This document shows, in pieces, positions 8,320 to 14,623 of a DNA stretch of 40,546 bases (its first letter is position 1; the number at the start of each line of letters is the position of its first letter). The stretch comes from Planctomycetota bacterium (GTDB lineage Bacteria; Planctomycetota; SZUA-567; H5-PLA8), in the NCBI GenBank assembly GCA_043801885.1, contig JAZDLP010000087.1, positions 1 through 40,546 of the forward strand, read 5' to 3'. The notes under the pieces are model-generated. The model worked only from the letters and a program-made list of their open reading frames with translations, made no database searches and had not been told where the DNA came from. The translations under genes were made by a program, and so were the position numbers.

Positions 8320-8525
8320 TCAGTCACCTCCGAGCTCGCGAACAGCGGCAACGCGAGTTGGCGGAACGAATCGGGCGCGGCGAACGAATTGCCCGTGCGT
8401 AAGCCCGCCCCGATCTGCTCGCTGATTAGATAGATGAAGTAAGATTCGTCCGGCGTGACGACGCGGAAGCCGGCTTGCTGCATCGCGACAACGCGGCGGA
8501 ATGTATCGTCAGCGTCGTTATTCAT
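8316..8525 (-). CDS. hypothetical protein (69 aa)
   Basis: Internal ATG at 8525 (MNNDADDTFRR...). The upstream part of the track ORF is out-of-frame junk that overlaps the acidic micro-ORF. Confidence 0.5.
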   Translation of the reverse strand: MNNDADDTFRRVVAMQQAGFRVVTPDESYFIYLISEQIGAGLRTGNSFAAPDSFRQLALPLFASSEVTE

Positions 8526-8655
8526 CGACTTCGCCATCCTCTTCCTCTTCGCAATCTTCGCAGATTTCATCAAAGCCGATGCCGTGCTCGCATACATCCT
8601 CGTTTTCTTCGCTCTCGTCAAATTCGTGTTCCAACACATCGCCAATGTCAAACAT
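8518..8655 (-). CDS. hyper-acidic micro-protein (45 aa, 23 D/E, no K/R)
   Basis: Not in the ORF track because it is under 60 aa. ATG at 8655 is preceded by GGAGGGGGTGAG. Translation: MFDIGDVLEHEFDESEENEDVCEHGIGFDEICEDCEEEEDGEVDE. Confidence 0.6.
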   Translation of the reverse strand: MFDIGDVLEHEFDESEENEDVCEHGIGFDEICEDCEEEEDGEVDE

Positions 8656-8669
8656 CTCACCCCCTCCGA

Positions 8670-8837
8670 CTAATCCATCCCGATCCGCAGGTGCATCAGC
8701 GGGTCTCGTCTGTGTTGAAAATCCAACGAGAGCAAAGCCCAGTCCGCGCCGTTATCGAAATTCACGATCTCGCAAAGCGACAAGCGCCATCCGTTCGGAC
8801 GCAGATACAGTTTCAAGAGATAAAATTCAATGTTCAT
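8670..8837 (-). CDS. hypothetical protein (55 aa)
   Basis: ATG at 8837 is preceded by GGGAGGGTGAGGGA, 4 nt after the upstream stop. Confidence 0.5.
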   Translation of the reverse strand: MNIEFYLLKLYLRPNGWRLSLCEIVNFDNGADWALLSLDFQHRRDPLMHLRIGMD

Positions 8838-8841
8838 TCCC

Positions 8842-9090
8842 TCACCCTCCCGCGCCCGCTGCGAATGCATCGACCTTCCCTGGACGCATAATATCCGCGC
8901 CAAAGTTTGGAGGATCGAACTCGACCACGAGCATCCTTCCGCCATAAGTAGTGTCATTAACTTCTACAACCGTACCGGTATTGCATAACGAAGCATCAAA
9001 CGAGGATACTACGATCCCATTCCTACGAGACTCTCTCTTGCCAGCAATGCTGATCTTAACCCTCTGTCCAACTTGGCAGTTACGAATCAT
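8842..9090 (-). CDS. hypothetical protein (82 aa)
   Basis: ATG at 9090 is preceded by GCAGGAGGGTGAG. Confidence 0.55.
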   Translation of the reverse strand: MIRNCQVGQRVKISIAGKRESRRNGIVVSSFDASLCNTGTVVEVNDTTYGGRMLVVEFDPPNFGADIMRPGKVDAFAAGAGG

Positions 9091-9158
9091 CTCACCCTCC
9101 TGCTGCGAGCGCAATCGCCGACAGCGCGAGCGCAATGAAGAACGCGATGCGCCAGGTG

Positions 9159-9632
9159 CTAGGCAGACCGAATGGCACTGACGGCATTGTCAGTCTCCTG
9201 GAATTGCGACAGGTCTTTCATATGTTCGCCGCGCATATCCAAAATCAGTACCCGCGCCGCGTATTCACTGTCCACGATCTCATACGGTACGCCGGCGAGA
9301 AGACACTTGGTTCGCAATCCTTGCTCTACCTCGGTCAGTTCCCAACGCGGAGACGATTTATGCTCCACGATCCGCAGATCGAAATTACAGAACAGCAAAA
9401 TATCTGCTCCGTCATCGCGCTGGAGAAATTGCCAAGTGCCGCCGTGCTGCTTGTAGATGGCGAGATAGCGCGGCTCCGCTTTGTCGCGGCGATTGAACGC
9501 GTAACTCATTTGTCCTTCGCCCTCGTCAGACATTGCCTGCATGTTTCCAGCGTGCCACCATTGAGTAGCTGAAGCGGCTTGTCGAGTGGATAGAGCGCGG
9601 ACAGCGTTCGCCGTGACAGTTTTCTGCCGCAA
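9159..9632 (-). CDS. PD-(D/E)XK nuclease, VRR-NUC-like
   Basis: GADILLFCNFDLRIVEHK gives a D...ExK motif. It is followed by LTEVEQGLRTKCLLAGVPYEIV, matching the VRR-NUC pattern (ExK ... Q ... G ... v) from memory. The start is uncertain: TTG at 9632, or internal ATGs at 9542 or 9509. Confidence 0.5.
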   Translation of the reverse strand: MRQKTVTANAVRALSTRQAASATQWWHAGNMQAMSDEGEGQMSYAFNRRDKAEPRYLAIYKQHGGTWQFLQRDDGADILLFCNFDLRIVEHKSSPRWELTEVEQGLRTKCLLAGVPYEIVDSEYAARVLILDMRGEHMKDLSQFQETDNAVSAIRSA

Positions 9633-9678
9633 GCCAGTTTACGCTTGCCGATTTCCAGGTGGACGATTCGTCGCTTGT

Positions 9679-10446
9679 TCATCCCGCCTCCCGCCTGGCG
9701 AGCGCGCGGCGAACGGCGGGCAGCGCGGCGAGTTCGTCGGTGATGTCGTTAAGCGCATCGTATACGGCAGTATATTTTGCCTTGACTGCGGTGGATGAAT
9801 ATTTGTCTATGATGTTAATGATCTGCTCCGCGTGGCTTGGCTTGTGCGCCGCGCTGTGTCCGTTGGCGTCTGCGATGTATTCCTTGACCCGACTAGTTCC
9901 CCATCCATTTGCAAGCGCGGTGTCGAATCCGCCGAGCGCGCGTGCGTCTTCTTTGACCGCCGCAAACTTGCACGCAAGATAAAGCGTCCACCAGTCATCG
10001 GTTGTCTCGATCACGTCTTTGAACAATTCCGCCGCGTGCTTGAGTGCTTTCGGGCTGATTCCACCACGCTGTTTGATGCGGGCAAGAACCTGTTTGCTTG
10101 CTATGCCATTCGTGCCGGCACAAACGCCAATGCGCCACTTGGTCAGCGCGATTTCAAGCGCGTCTGCCTCGTCTACGTCCCGGACCGTTACGATTGGTTT
10201 CCTTGTTTTGTCTGCCGTCATCGCGCTGCCTTCCGAGCGTTTTTCGCGGCGAGGTATCGATTTACAGACGCAACCATCTTGCGCCAGGGTATTTTGATAT
10301 GGAGTGGATGCCCGATCCGCTCTGGTAACTCGTGGATCATCTCTAGCCCACTGCGTTCTTCGTAGTACCAAGTCTCCTTTGAGATATTCTGTGGTCTGTA
10401 GCTTAATTCTGGTTATTTCCGTTTTGTCATAATATCCCCCATTCAT
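9679..10446 (-). CDS. hypothetical protein (start uncertain: 10446 or ATG at 10221)
   Basis: ORF track. The first 75 codons are AT-rich and lack an SD. The ATG at 10221 (MTADKTRKP...) follows GAAGG. Confidence 0.5.
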   Translation of the reverse strand: MNGGYYDKTEITRIKLQTTEYLKGDLVLRRTQWARDDPRVTRADRASTPYQNTLAQDGCVCKSIPRREKRSEGSAMTADKTRKPIVTVRDVDEADALEIALTKWRIGVCAGTNGIASKQVLARIKQRGGISPKALKHAAELFKDVIETTDDWWTLYLACKFAAVKEDARALGGFDTALANGWGTSRVKEYIADANGHSAAHKPSHAEQIINIIDKYSSTAVKAKYTAVYDALNDITDELAALPAVRRALARREAG

Positions 10447-10585
10447 TGATGATTGTTCAGGACGCGGAGCGGAGAAGAAGTAGGAGACTCCGCGCCCTGT
10501 TACACACCCCGCGACCCCGTCTACAGTGAGCCGACTTGCTCATCATCTGCGATACCTCGCGTCACAAAGGCGGCAGGGCTTGGTG

Positions 10586-10879
10586 CTAGATTGCCATTTC
10601 GGTCTGACCGTGTTCGTGCTGGTAGTCCAACGCGAATTGATTGCATTCTTTCATCGCGCGCTCGCTGGGCAAGAAGGGACTCTCGTAGGCTTCCCAGATT
10701 TCGAGCATCGACTTGATCTCCGTGTCGGTCAGGTCTGCGCTTGATCCGATCTCGCGCTTGACGAATCCCGAGTACGCCGCGTGGCGGAGCGCGTCGCGCG
10801 TCTTGCCTGGTTGCGTCGCGAAACACTTTCCGACAATTGCCGCGAGCCGTTGTGCGGGTGTGGTTGCGTGCTTGTCCAT
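10586..10879 (-). CDS. hypothetical protein (97 aa)
   Basis: ATG at 10879 overlaps the ERF stop (TAATG). The longer track ORF is a Gly/Arg-rich out-of-frame extension. Confidence 0.6.
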   Translation of the reverse strand: MDKHATTPAQRLAAIVGKCFATQPGKTRDALRHAAYSGFVKREIGSSADLTDTEIKSMLEIWEAYESPFLPSERAMKECNQFALDYQHEHGQTEMAI

Positions 10880-11517
10880 TACTTCTTCTCCGCCTTCTTG
10901 TCCGCCCACGCCGACGCCGCCTTGTTCAGTGTAGCGAATACCGTATCGTCGTCCATTCCGAATGTGATTGTTCCGTGCTTGGTCAGGTAGTCCAATGACT
11001 TGATCGCGTTTGCCGCCTCGCCGGAGAGGTACGGGATTTCCTTTGCGGCGCGGGTAACCAAGTCTTTTCGTCCAAACCAAACAACCGGAGCGGATTTCTT
11101 TTTGTCGTCACCCGCGCCTGCGCCATTGTTTCCGTCGGCGTCCTCGTCGGCATATGCCCCGATGATCGCGGCGTATGAATAACGGCGCAGATAGGTGATA
11201 ATTGACCCGGCGGATTGTGCCAGCGACCGTCCCTTCTCGTCGCCAATTGGCATCGCGATGGTGGACTCAAGCCACTGCCCCGACTTGTGCATCAGGATCG
11301 TCGTCAGGGAAATGCTTCCGTTGTCACTCCCCGGCAGTTGTGAGATTGAGAGTCCGTTGTCGCGGAGTGGTTCGCGCGCCGCCTCGATGATTGCGCCCAG
11401 GTCAGCGTACTTGTTTTTGAGAAACGGATTGACGGCGTTCATTTTCACGCCAGCCAATTTGCTTTGTGCCGCGACCAGCGCGGTTGCGATCTGGTCGATG
11501 TTTTCGCTTTTGTTCAT
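10879..11517 (-). CDS. erf: ERF-family single-strand annealing protein (recombinase)
   Basis: NPFLKNKYADLGAIIEAAREPLRDNGLSISQ ... TILMHKSGQW ... QSAGSIITYLRRYSYAAIIG matches the conserved ERF signature (from memory). SD is GAGGGGAG. Confidence 0.8.
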   Translation of the reverse strand: MNKSENIDQIATALVAAQSKLAGVKMNAVNPFLKNKYADLGAIIEAAREPLRDNGLSISQLPGSDNGSISLTTILMHKSGQWLESTIAMPIGDEKGRSLAQSAGSIITYLRRYSYAAIIGAYADEDADGNNGAGAGDDKKKSAPVVWFGRKDLVTRAAKEIPYLSGEAANAIKSLDYLTKHGTITFGMDDDTVFATLNKAASAWADKKAEKK

Positions 11518-11586
11518 CTTGGTATCTCCCCTCTGTGTGACGTGCTTCGTTGCGGCTTGCCAGTCCGCGTCTAGGCGTTGTCCTCC

Positions 11587-11802
11587 TCACGCGCCGCTCG
11601 TTGGCGGCGTCGCTTCGAATTCGAGTTCGTCCGGGGTGATCTCGCGCGGCGCGGTTCGCTTCGGTGGTAAGTCTTGTGCCGCACGCATACAGTTCTCGGA
11701 GCAACACGGGTACGCGCCGGCGTACCAAACTTGGTTGTAATTATTCCAAACGAAATCCCTGCGGCATCCCGCGCAGTTCCCCGTGTGTTGTTGGCTGTTC
11801 AT
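11587..11802 (-). CDS. small Cys-rich (zinc-finger-like) protein (71 aa)
   Basis: ATG at 11802 is preceded by GAAGGCGG. Contains CAGC ... CCSENC. Confidence 0.55.
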   Translation of the reverse strand: MNSQQHTGNCAGCRRDFVWNNYNQVWYAGAYPCCSENCMRAAQDLPPKRTAPREITPDELEFEATPPTSGA

Positions 11803-11963
11803 CGCGCCGCCTTCGCCACTTCTGCGCGGAGCCACGCGGTCAACTGTTCGCGCGGCATTGCCCGCAGGATCGCCGCGATGTGCGAGGCGACGAGGTCGGC
11901 AGCAGCGCGTCCCGCGTCATACGCGGCTTGGTTGCGCTCGTCGCGCTCTTGCCATTTTGCCAA
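11799..11963 (-). CDS. possible small protein (54 aa) with non-canonical TTG start
   Basis: Open frame ending in an ATGA overlap with the next gene. The translation ...WQERDERNQAAYDAGRAAADLVASHIAAILRAMPREQLTAWLRAEVAKAAR looks protein-like. The only in-frame start is TTG at 11963, with no SD. Confidence 0.3.
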   Translation of the reverse strand: MAKWQERDERNQAAYDAGRAAADLVASHIAAILRAMPREQLTAWLRAEVAKAAR

Positions 11964-12025
11964 TTTGGGCGTCCATAGTGCGTCTATCGTGTGTCTCCCC
12001 TTTGCTATGAATGATTGCGAACCCG

Positions 12026-12574
12026 TTAATCCTTTGAATGCATTAACCCATAAAGCGTAGCCACGCGCGCGGTGATCTCACTGTTTTCCTCGCACGTGCC
12101 AACGTGGCAACGAGACAGGCGATACTTGCCATCCGTCGTGGTTGGGATGCAGGCAATGTCGGAGGCAATATGATGGATAACCTTAACGCGATGGGATGGT
12201 TCATAGTTCTTCAAAACCCACGCGAGTGTTCCCACATTGATACCACTGGCGCATGTTTGATTAGGGTCTGTGTTCGCATCTGCGACTAACAACTCTGCAT
12301 TGTCAGCATAAATAAGACCGCCATTGAAGATGCCCTCATCCCTCTGGTTGGTCAATTTGTAACTAACCATACTTCCTAATTGGTCTTTGAGAATGAGAAG
12401 GTCACAAACCAATTCTGGAATAATCCCGATGGCGTAACTCAGATTGGCGGAACTCAGATCGGCGGAACTCAGATCGGCGGAACTGGCAATTGCTTTCACA
12501 ATAGCATCTCGTTGTGAGTCTGCCTCGGTTTCAAAAATCACAACTCCGCTTCCGTTTTTGATTTGGATGTTCAT
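12026..12574 (-). CDS. pentapeptide-repeat protein with C-terminal domain of unknown function
   Basis: ATG at 12574 is preceded by GGCGGAGG. The N-terminus NIQIKNGSGVVIFETEADS...ASSADLSSADLSSANLSYA is a typical pentapeptide-repeat lead-in. The C-terminal half recalls DUF5758-like phage proteins (memory only). Confidence 0.75.
   Translation of the reverse strand: MNIQIKNGSGVVIFETEADSQRDAIVKAIASSADLSSADLSSANLSYAIGIIPELVCDLLILKDQLGSMVSYKLTNQRDEGIFNGGLIYADNAELLVADANTDPNQTCASGINVGTLAWVLKNYEPSHRVKVIHHIASDIACIPTTTDGKYRLSRCHVGTCEENSEITARVATLYGLMHSKD
12440..12484. repeat. three tandem 15-bp repeats (CAGAT(T/C)GGCGGAACT)
   Basis: Read directly. The repeats are in-frame, and each unit encodes one pentapeptide (SSA(D/N)L) of the minus-strand gene. 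Confidence 0.9.
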
Positions 12575-12888
12575 GTTGCCTCCGCCCATTCCGTGCGCCC
12601 GCGTGCCGCGCGTTCCGCTCGTGCCGCCAACTCGCGCGCCTCAGTGATCGGGTCGCGCACAACATCCGTGCCGAAATCTTCCACCCATACCACGTCATCA
12701 CCGACCTGCAATATCTCGCCGCGATACAACCGCGACATTCCACTCGTGCCCAGTTCGTCCTTGATCGTGGACTTCATCCACCGCTCAAGATTAGGAGCCA
12801 CCACGCGGGGCAGGGTGTTCTCATCGCCGTTGGCGTTCAGCGTGACGTAGACGATCTTCTTGATGTGGACGATCTGTGGTTGATTCAT
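12571..12888 (-). CDS. first gene of the leftward early operon, hypothetical (105 aa)
   Basis: ATG at 12888 is preceded by GAGGACGCG. The track start at 12936 is TTG and would run through the inverted repeats. Confidence 0.6.
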   Translation of the reverse strand: MNQPQIVHIKKIVYVTLNANGDENTLPRVVAPNLERWMKSTIKDELGTSGMSRLYRGEILQVGDDVVWVEDFGTDVVRDPITEARELAARAERAARGRTEWAEAT

Positions 12889-12901
12889 CGCGTCCTCATG
12901 T

Positions 12902-12991
12902 AAACAAAATCTAGAGAGCGACCTTTCCCCATTCAACCTGCCGGATGTTTAGGGTCGAGCCACTCTCTAGATTCTGTTTGCATCCGGCAGG
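12902..12991 (-). promoter_or_regulatory. two interleaved inverted-repeat pairs in the leftward leader (operators or alternative RNA hairpins)
   Basis: A1 12902..12918 pairs with A2 12963..12979 (17 bp; the single mismatch is a G-U pair only in the minus-strand RNA). B1 12937..12947 pairs with B2 12981..12991 (11 bp, perfect). The order along the sequence is A1-B1-A2-B2. Confidence 0.7.
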
Positions 12992-13008
12992 ATTGTTTCA
13001 TCGGGGTC

Positions 13009-13037
13009 ATTGTAACCGAAGTCCCCGCCAATGTCAA
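13009..13037 (-). promoter_or_regulatory. sigma70-type promoter, leftward (early operon)
   Basis: The minus strand reads TTGACA (13037..13032), a 17-nt spacer, then TACAAT (13014..13009). Confidence 0.7.
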
Positions 13038-13122
13038 GCGTTTTGGAGACGAGTTGTACTAGAGTTTCTGTGCGCCGCCGCATACGTGAGTATTAAGATT
13101 TCGTTAAAGCCACAAAAAGGGC

Positions 13123-13150
13123 TTGACTCGGATCGGATTCGTGGTATAAT
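13123..13150 (+). promoter_or_regulatory. sigma70-type promoter with extended -10, rightward
   Basis: TTGACT (13123..13128), a 16-nt spacer, then TGg-TATAAT (13142..13150). Confidence 0.75.
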
Positions 13151-13170
13151 CACCCATAGGGAAATGAATT

Positions 13171-13199
13171 GCGCCGACTTCAGCGGCGTTTCGTATTTA
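13171..13199 (+). terminator. promoter-proximal hairpin plus U-rich tail (attenuator-like)
   Basis: GCGCCG-acttca-GCGGCGT followed by TTTCGTATTT, about 15-45 nt after the predicted start site. The stem is short, so termination is uncertain. Confidence 0.3.
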
Positions 13200-13207
13200 G
13201 CAACCTA

Positions 13208-13244
13208 GCCGGGTGTCTCGCGTCTGAAGCGCGGGATGCCCGGC
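13208..13244 (+). ncRNA. long leader hairpin (15-bp stem, 7-nt loop) in the 5' UTR of the rightward cassette
   Basis: Positions 13208..13222 pair with 13230..13244. Three of the pairs are G-U only in the plus-strand RNA. The SD GGAG of the first gene follows 10 nt later. Confidence 0.55.
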
Positions 13245-13264
13245 GATCTGTTTGGAGACACTCA

Positions 13265-13468
13265 ATGTCAACGTTCCGCAAACTCTCGATTGATGAATAC
13301 TCTCAACTCTACAACGCGTTGAGCGACGCCCTTGATGCAGACAGTGGACAGTCCAACCGCTGCGGGAATCATTTTGTACTTATCGCAGTGCTGGGCAACC
13401 TCGGATTCAGCGCGCGGGGAAGCGAACAAGCCGAATCGCTTTCACAACGGATATTGGATGGACAATAA
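13265..13468 (+). CDS. ORFan 1 of rightward cassette (67 aa)
   Basis: ATG at 13265 is preceded by TTGGAGAC. The longer track ORF would start inside the structured leader. Confidence 0.6.
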   Translation: MSTFRKLSIDEYSQLYNALSDALDADSGQSNRCGNHFVLIAVLGNLGFSARGSEQAESLSQRILDGQ

Positions 13469-13737
13469 TGATACCCTCCGTCGGTGACTATGTACGTGTC
13501 AACGTTTGGAATGGAGTCGTGCGCGCCGTGTTTCGGGTCGAAGGCGCACCAGATAATCCGTTCGTTGAAATTGAGTTTGTCAAGAATATCTTTAAGGGTC
13601 AGCCGAGCGAGACGCATCGCTGGCTTGACCTCGCGCCGCATACCGCCACCGTATCGTGGCAAGCCCTGTTAAATGAAATTGTGACAACCCAAGAGCGAAT
13701 GCAAATCCGCTTTGACGCGCTAGGAGTACCAGAATAA
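13468..13737 (+). CDS. ORFan 2 (89 aa)
   Basis: ORF track. The start overlaps the upstream stop by one base (TAATG). Confidence 0.65.
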   Translation: MIPSVGDYVRVNVWNGVVRAVFRVEGAPDNPFVEIEFVKNIFKGQPSETHRWLDLAPHTATVSWQALLNEIVTTQERMQIRFDALGVPE

Positions 13738-13774
13738 ATTTGATAGCCCGCCCCGCGCGGGCGAAAGGAGTGAC

Positions 13775-14029
13775 ATGGAAATCATTCGAGACAACGAACT
13801 GGGCGGCGTTATGATGATCCCGCTTTTTGTTGATTGGCAGATTCGCAGATGCAACGTGAAGGGTTGCCGCGCCGTGCCGACGACGATTATCGCGGGACAC
13901 GATGAGGCGGGACGCGCCTACGGGCTTTGCGAAGTCCATTTCCAGCAAGGCAACCAACCCGAAGGGGCGAACCTGACCATTGAGTTTGACGCCTTCGATG
14001 CGTTCAAAAGCGAAAGGAGCGGGTGGTGA
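13775..14029 (+). CDS. ORFan 3 (84 aa), CxxxxC...CxxH zinc-binding-like
   Basis: AAAGGAG SD sits 7 nt upstream. Contains RRCNVKGC ... LCEVHF. Confidence 0.65.
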   Translation: MEIIRDNELGGVMMIPLFVDWQIRRCNVKGCRAVPTTIIAGHDEAGRAYGLCEVHFQQGNQPEGANLTIEFDAFDAFKSERSGW

Positions 14030-14229
14030 AAGAGAAAACCTACACGATCACAGTCAGAATGAATTGGATGAGCCGCCTTACCGACGAACTTACCAATTGG
14101 CAAATTCCGCCCTCGCGTTACACCATCAAGGAAAACGTTCTCACCACCACCAGCACGGATGTTGTGGACGTGGCGACGGAAACATTCTTGCGCCAACCTG
14201 AAGTCATCAAGATCGAGGTGACGAAATGA
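14023..14229 (+). CDS. ORFan 4 (68 aa)
   Basis: ORF track; 7-nt overlap with ORFan 3. The alternative GTG/ATG start cannot be resolved. Confidence 0.55.
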   Translation: MVKEKTYTITVRMNWMSRLTDELTNWQIPPSRYTIKENVLTTTSTDVVDVATETFLRQPEVIKIEVTK

Positions 14230-14489
14230 GCAACACACCAACCGAAGCGGAACTGAAACTGGCGCAAGAAATTGCGGACAGATTGGAAGTTGAACATTTC
14301 ATCGTGCTCGACAATGAATCGGATGCCACTAACATCGTCGCCGCTCTTCTCGCCGCGCACCGCGACGAGGGCGAGTTGGCGCGGTTGCTGGCGCTGGCTC
14401 GAAAGATGGAACACACCGAAAGCATAGGCGCGCGAAACAAGTGGTTGTGTGACATTGACGCCGCGCTGGCGCAACACGAGCAGGCATAG
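14226..14489 (+). CDS. ORFan 5 (87 aa, acidic, helical-looking)
   Basis: ORF track; ATGA overlap with ORFan 4. Confidence 0.6.
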   Translation: MSNTPTEAELKLAQEIADRLEVEHFIVLDNESDATNIVAALLAAHRDEGELARLLALARKMEHTESIGARNKWLCDIDAALAQHEQA

Positions 14490-14623
14490 CGAACAGTCCC
14501 CGCGCTGGAAGGGGGAGCGTCCAGCACGAGGATTGTCGCGCCGCCTCGCTTGTAGCCCTGGGTGAACCCATGCTGTTGATCACAAGGCGGACGCGCGCCA
14601 AGTCCGCAAGGACAGGGCGCGCG

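Noticed and set aside
11964-12080. Possible -1 frameshift from the pentapeptide gene into the downstream start-less ORF.
   Set aside because: There is no X XXY YYZ slippery heptamer in the 18-codon overlap window. A TTG start or an assembly indel is the simpler explanation.
12440-12484. Short tandem repeats considered as a possible CRISPR or minisatellite.
   Set aside because: The units are contiguous 15-bp repeats with no spacers, and they are in-frame inside a pentapeptide-repeat gene. This is not a CRISPR array.
13059-13071. Possible third copy (CTAGAGTTTCTGT) of the CTAGATTCTGT box from repeat A, lying between the two promoters.
   Set aside because: It matches only if a 1-2-nt indel is allowed and it has no partner half-site. 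That is too weak to call an operator without comparative data.
13208-13244. Resemblance of the hairpin top (CGCG-UCUGAAG-CGCG) to lambda nut boxB (GCCCUGAAGAAGGGC).
   Set aside because: Only the CUGAAG string is shared. The loop size and closing pairs differ. I found no boxA-like element and no N-like Arg-rich protein. I kept it as a generic leader hairpin.
14490-14623. Convergent intergenic zone searched for a bidirectional terminator. It contains the hairpins GCTGGA/TCCAGC, GCGGAC/GTCCGC and CAGGGC/GCCCTG.
   Set aside because: All stems are only 6 bp and none is followed by a U-tract on either strand. I therefore made no confident terminator call.
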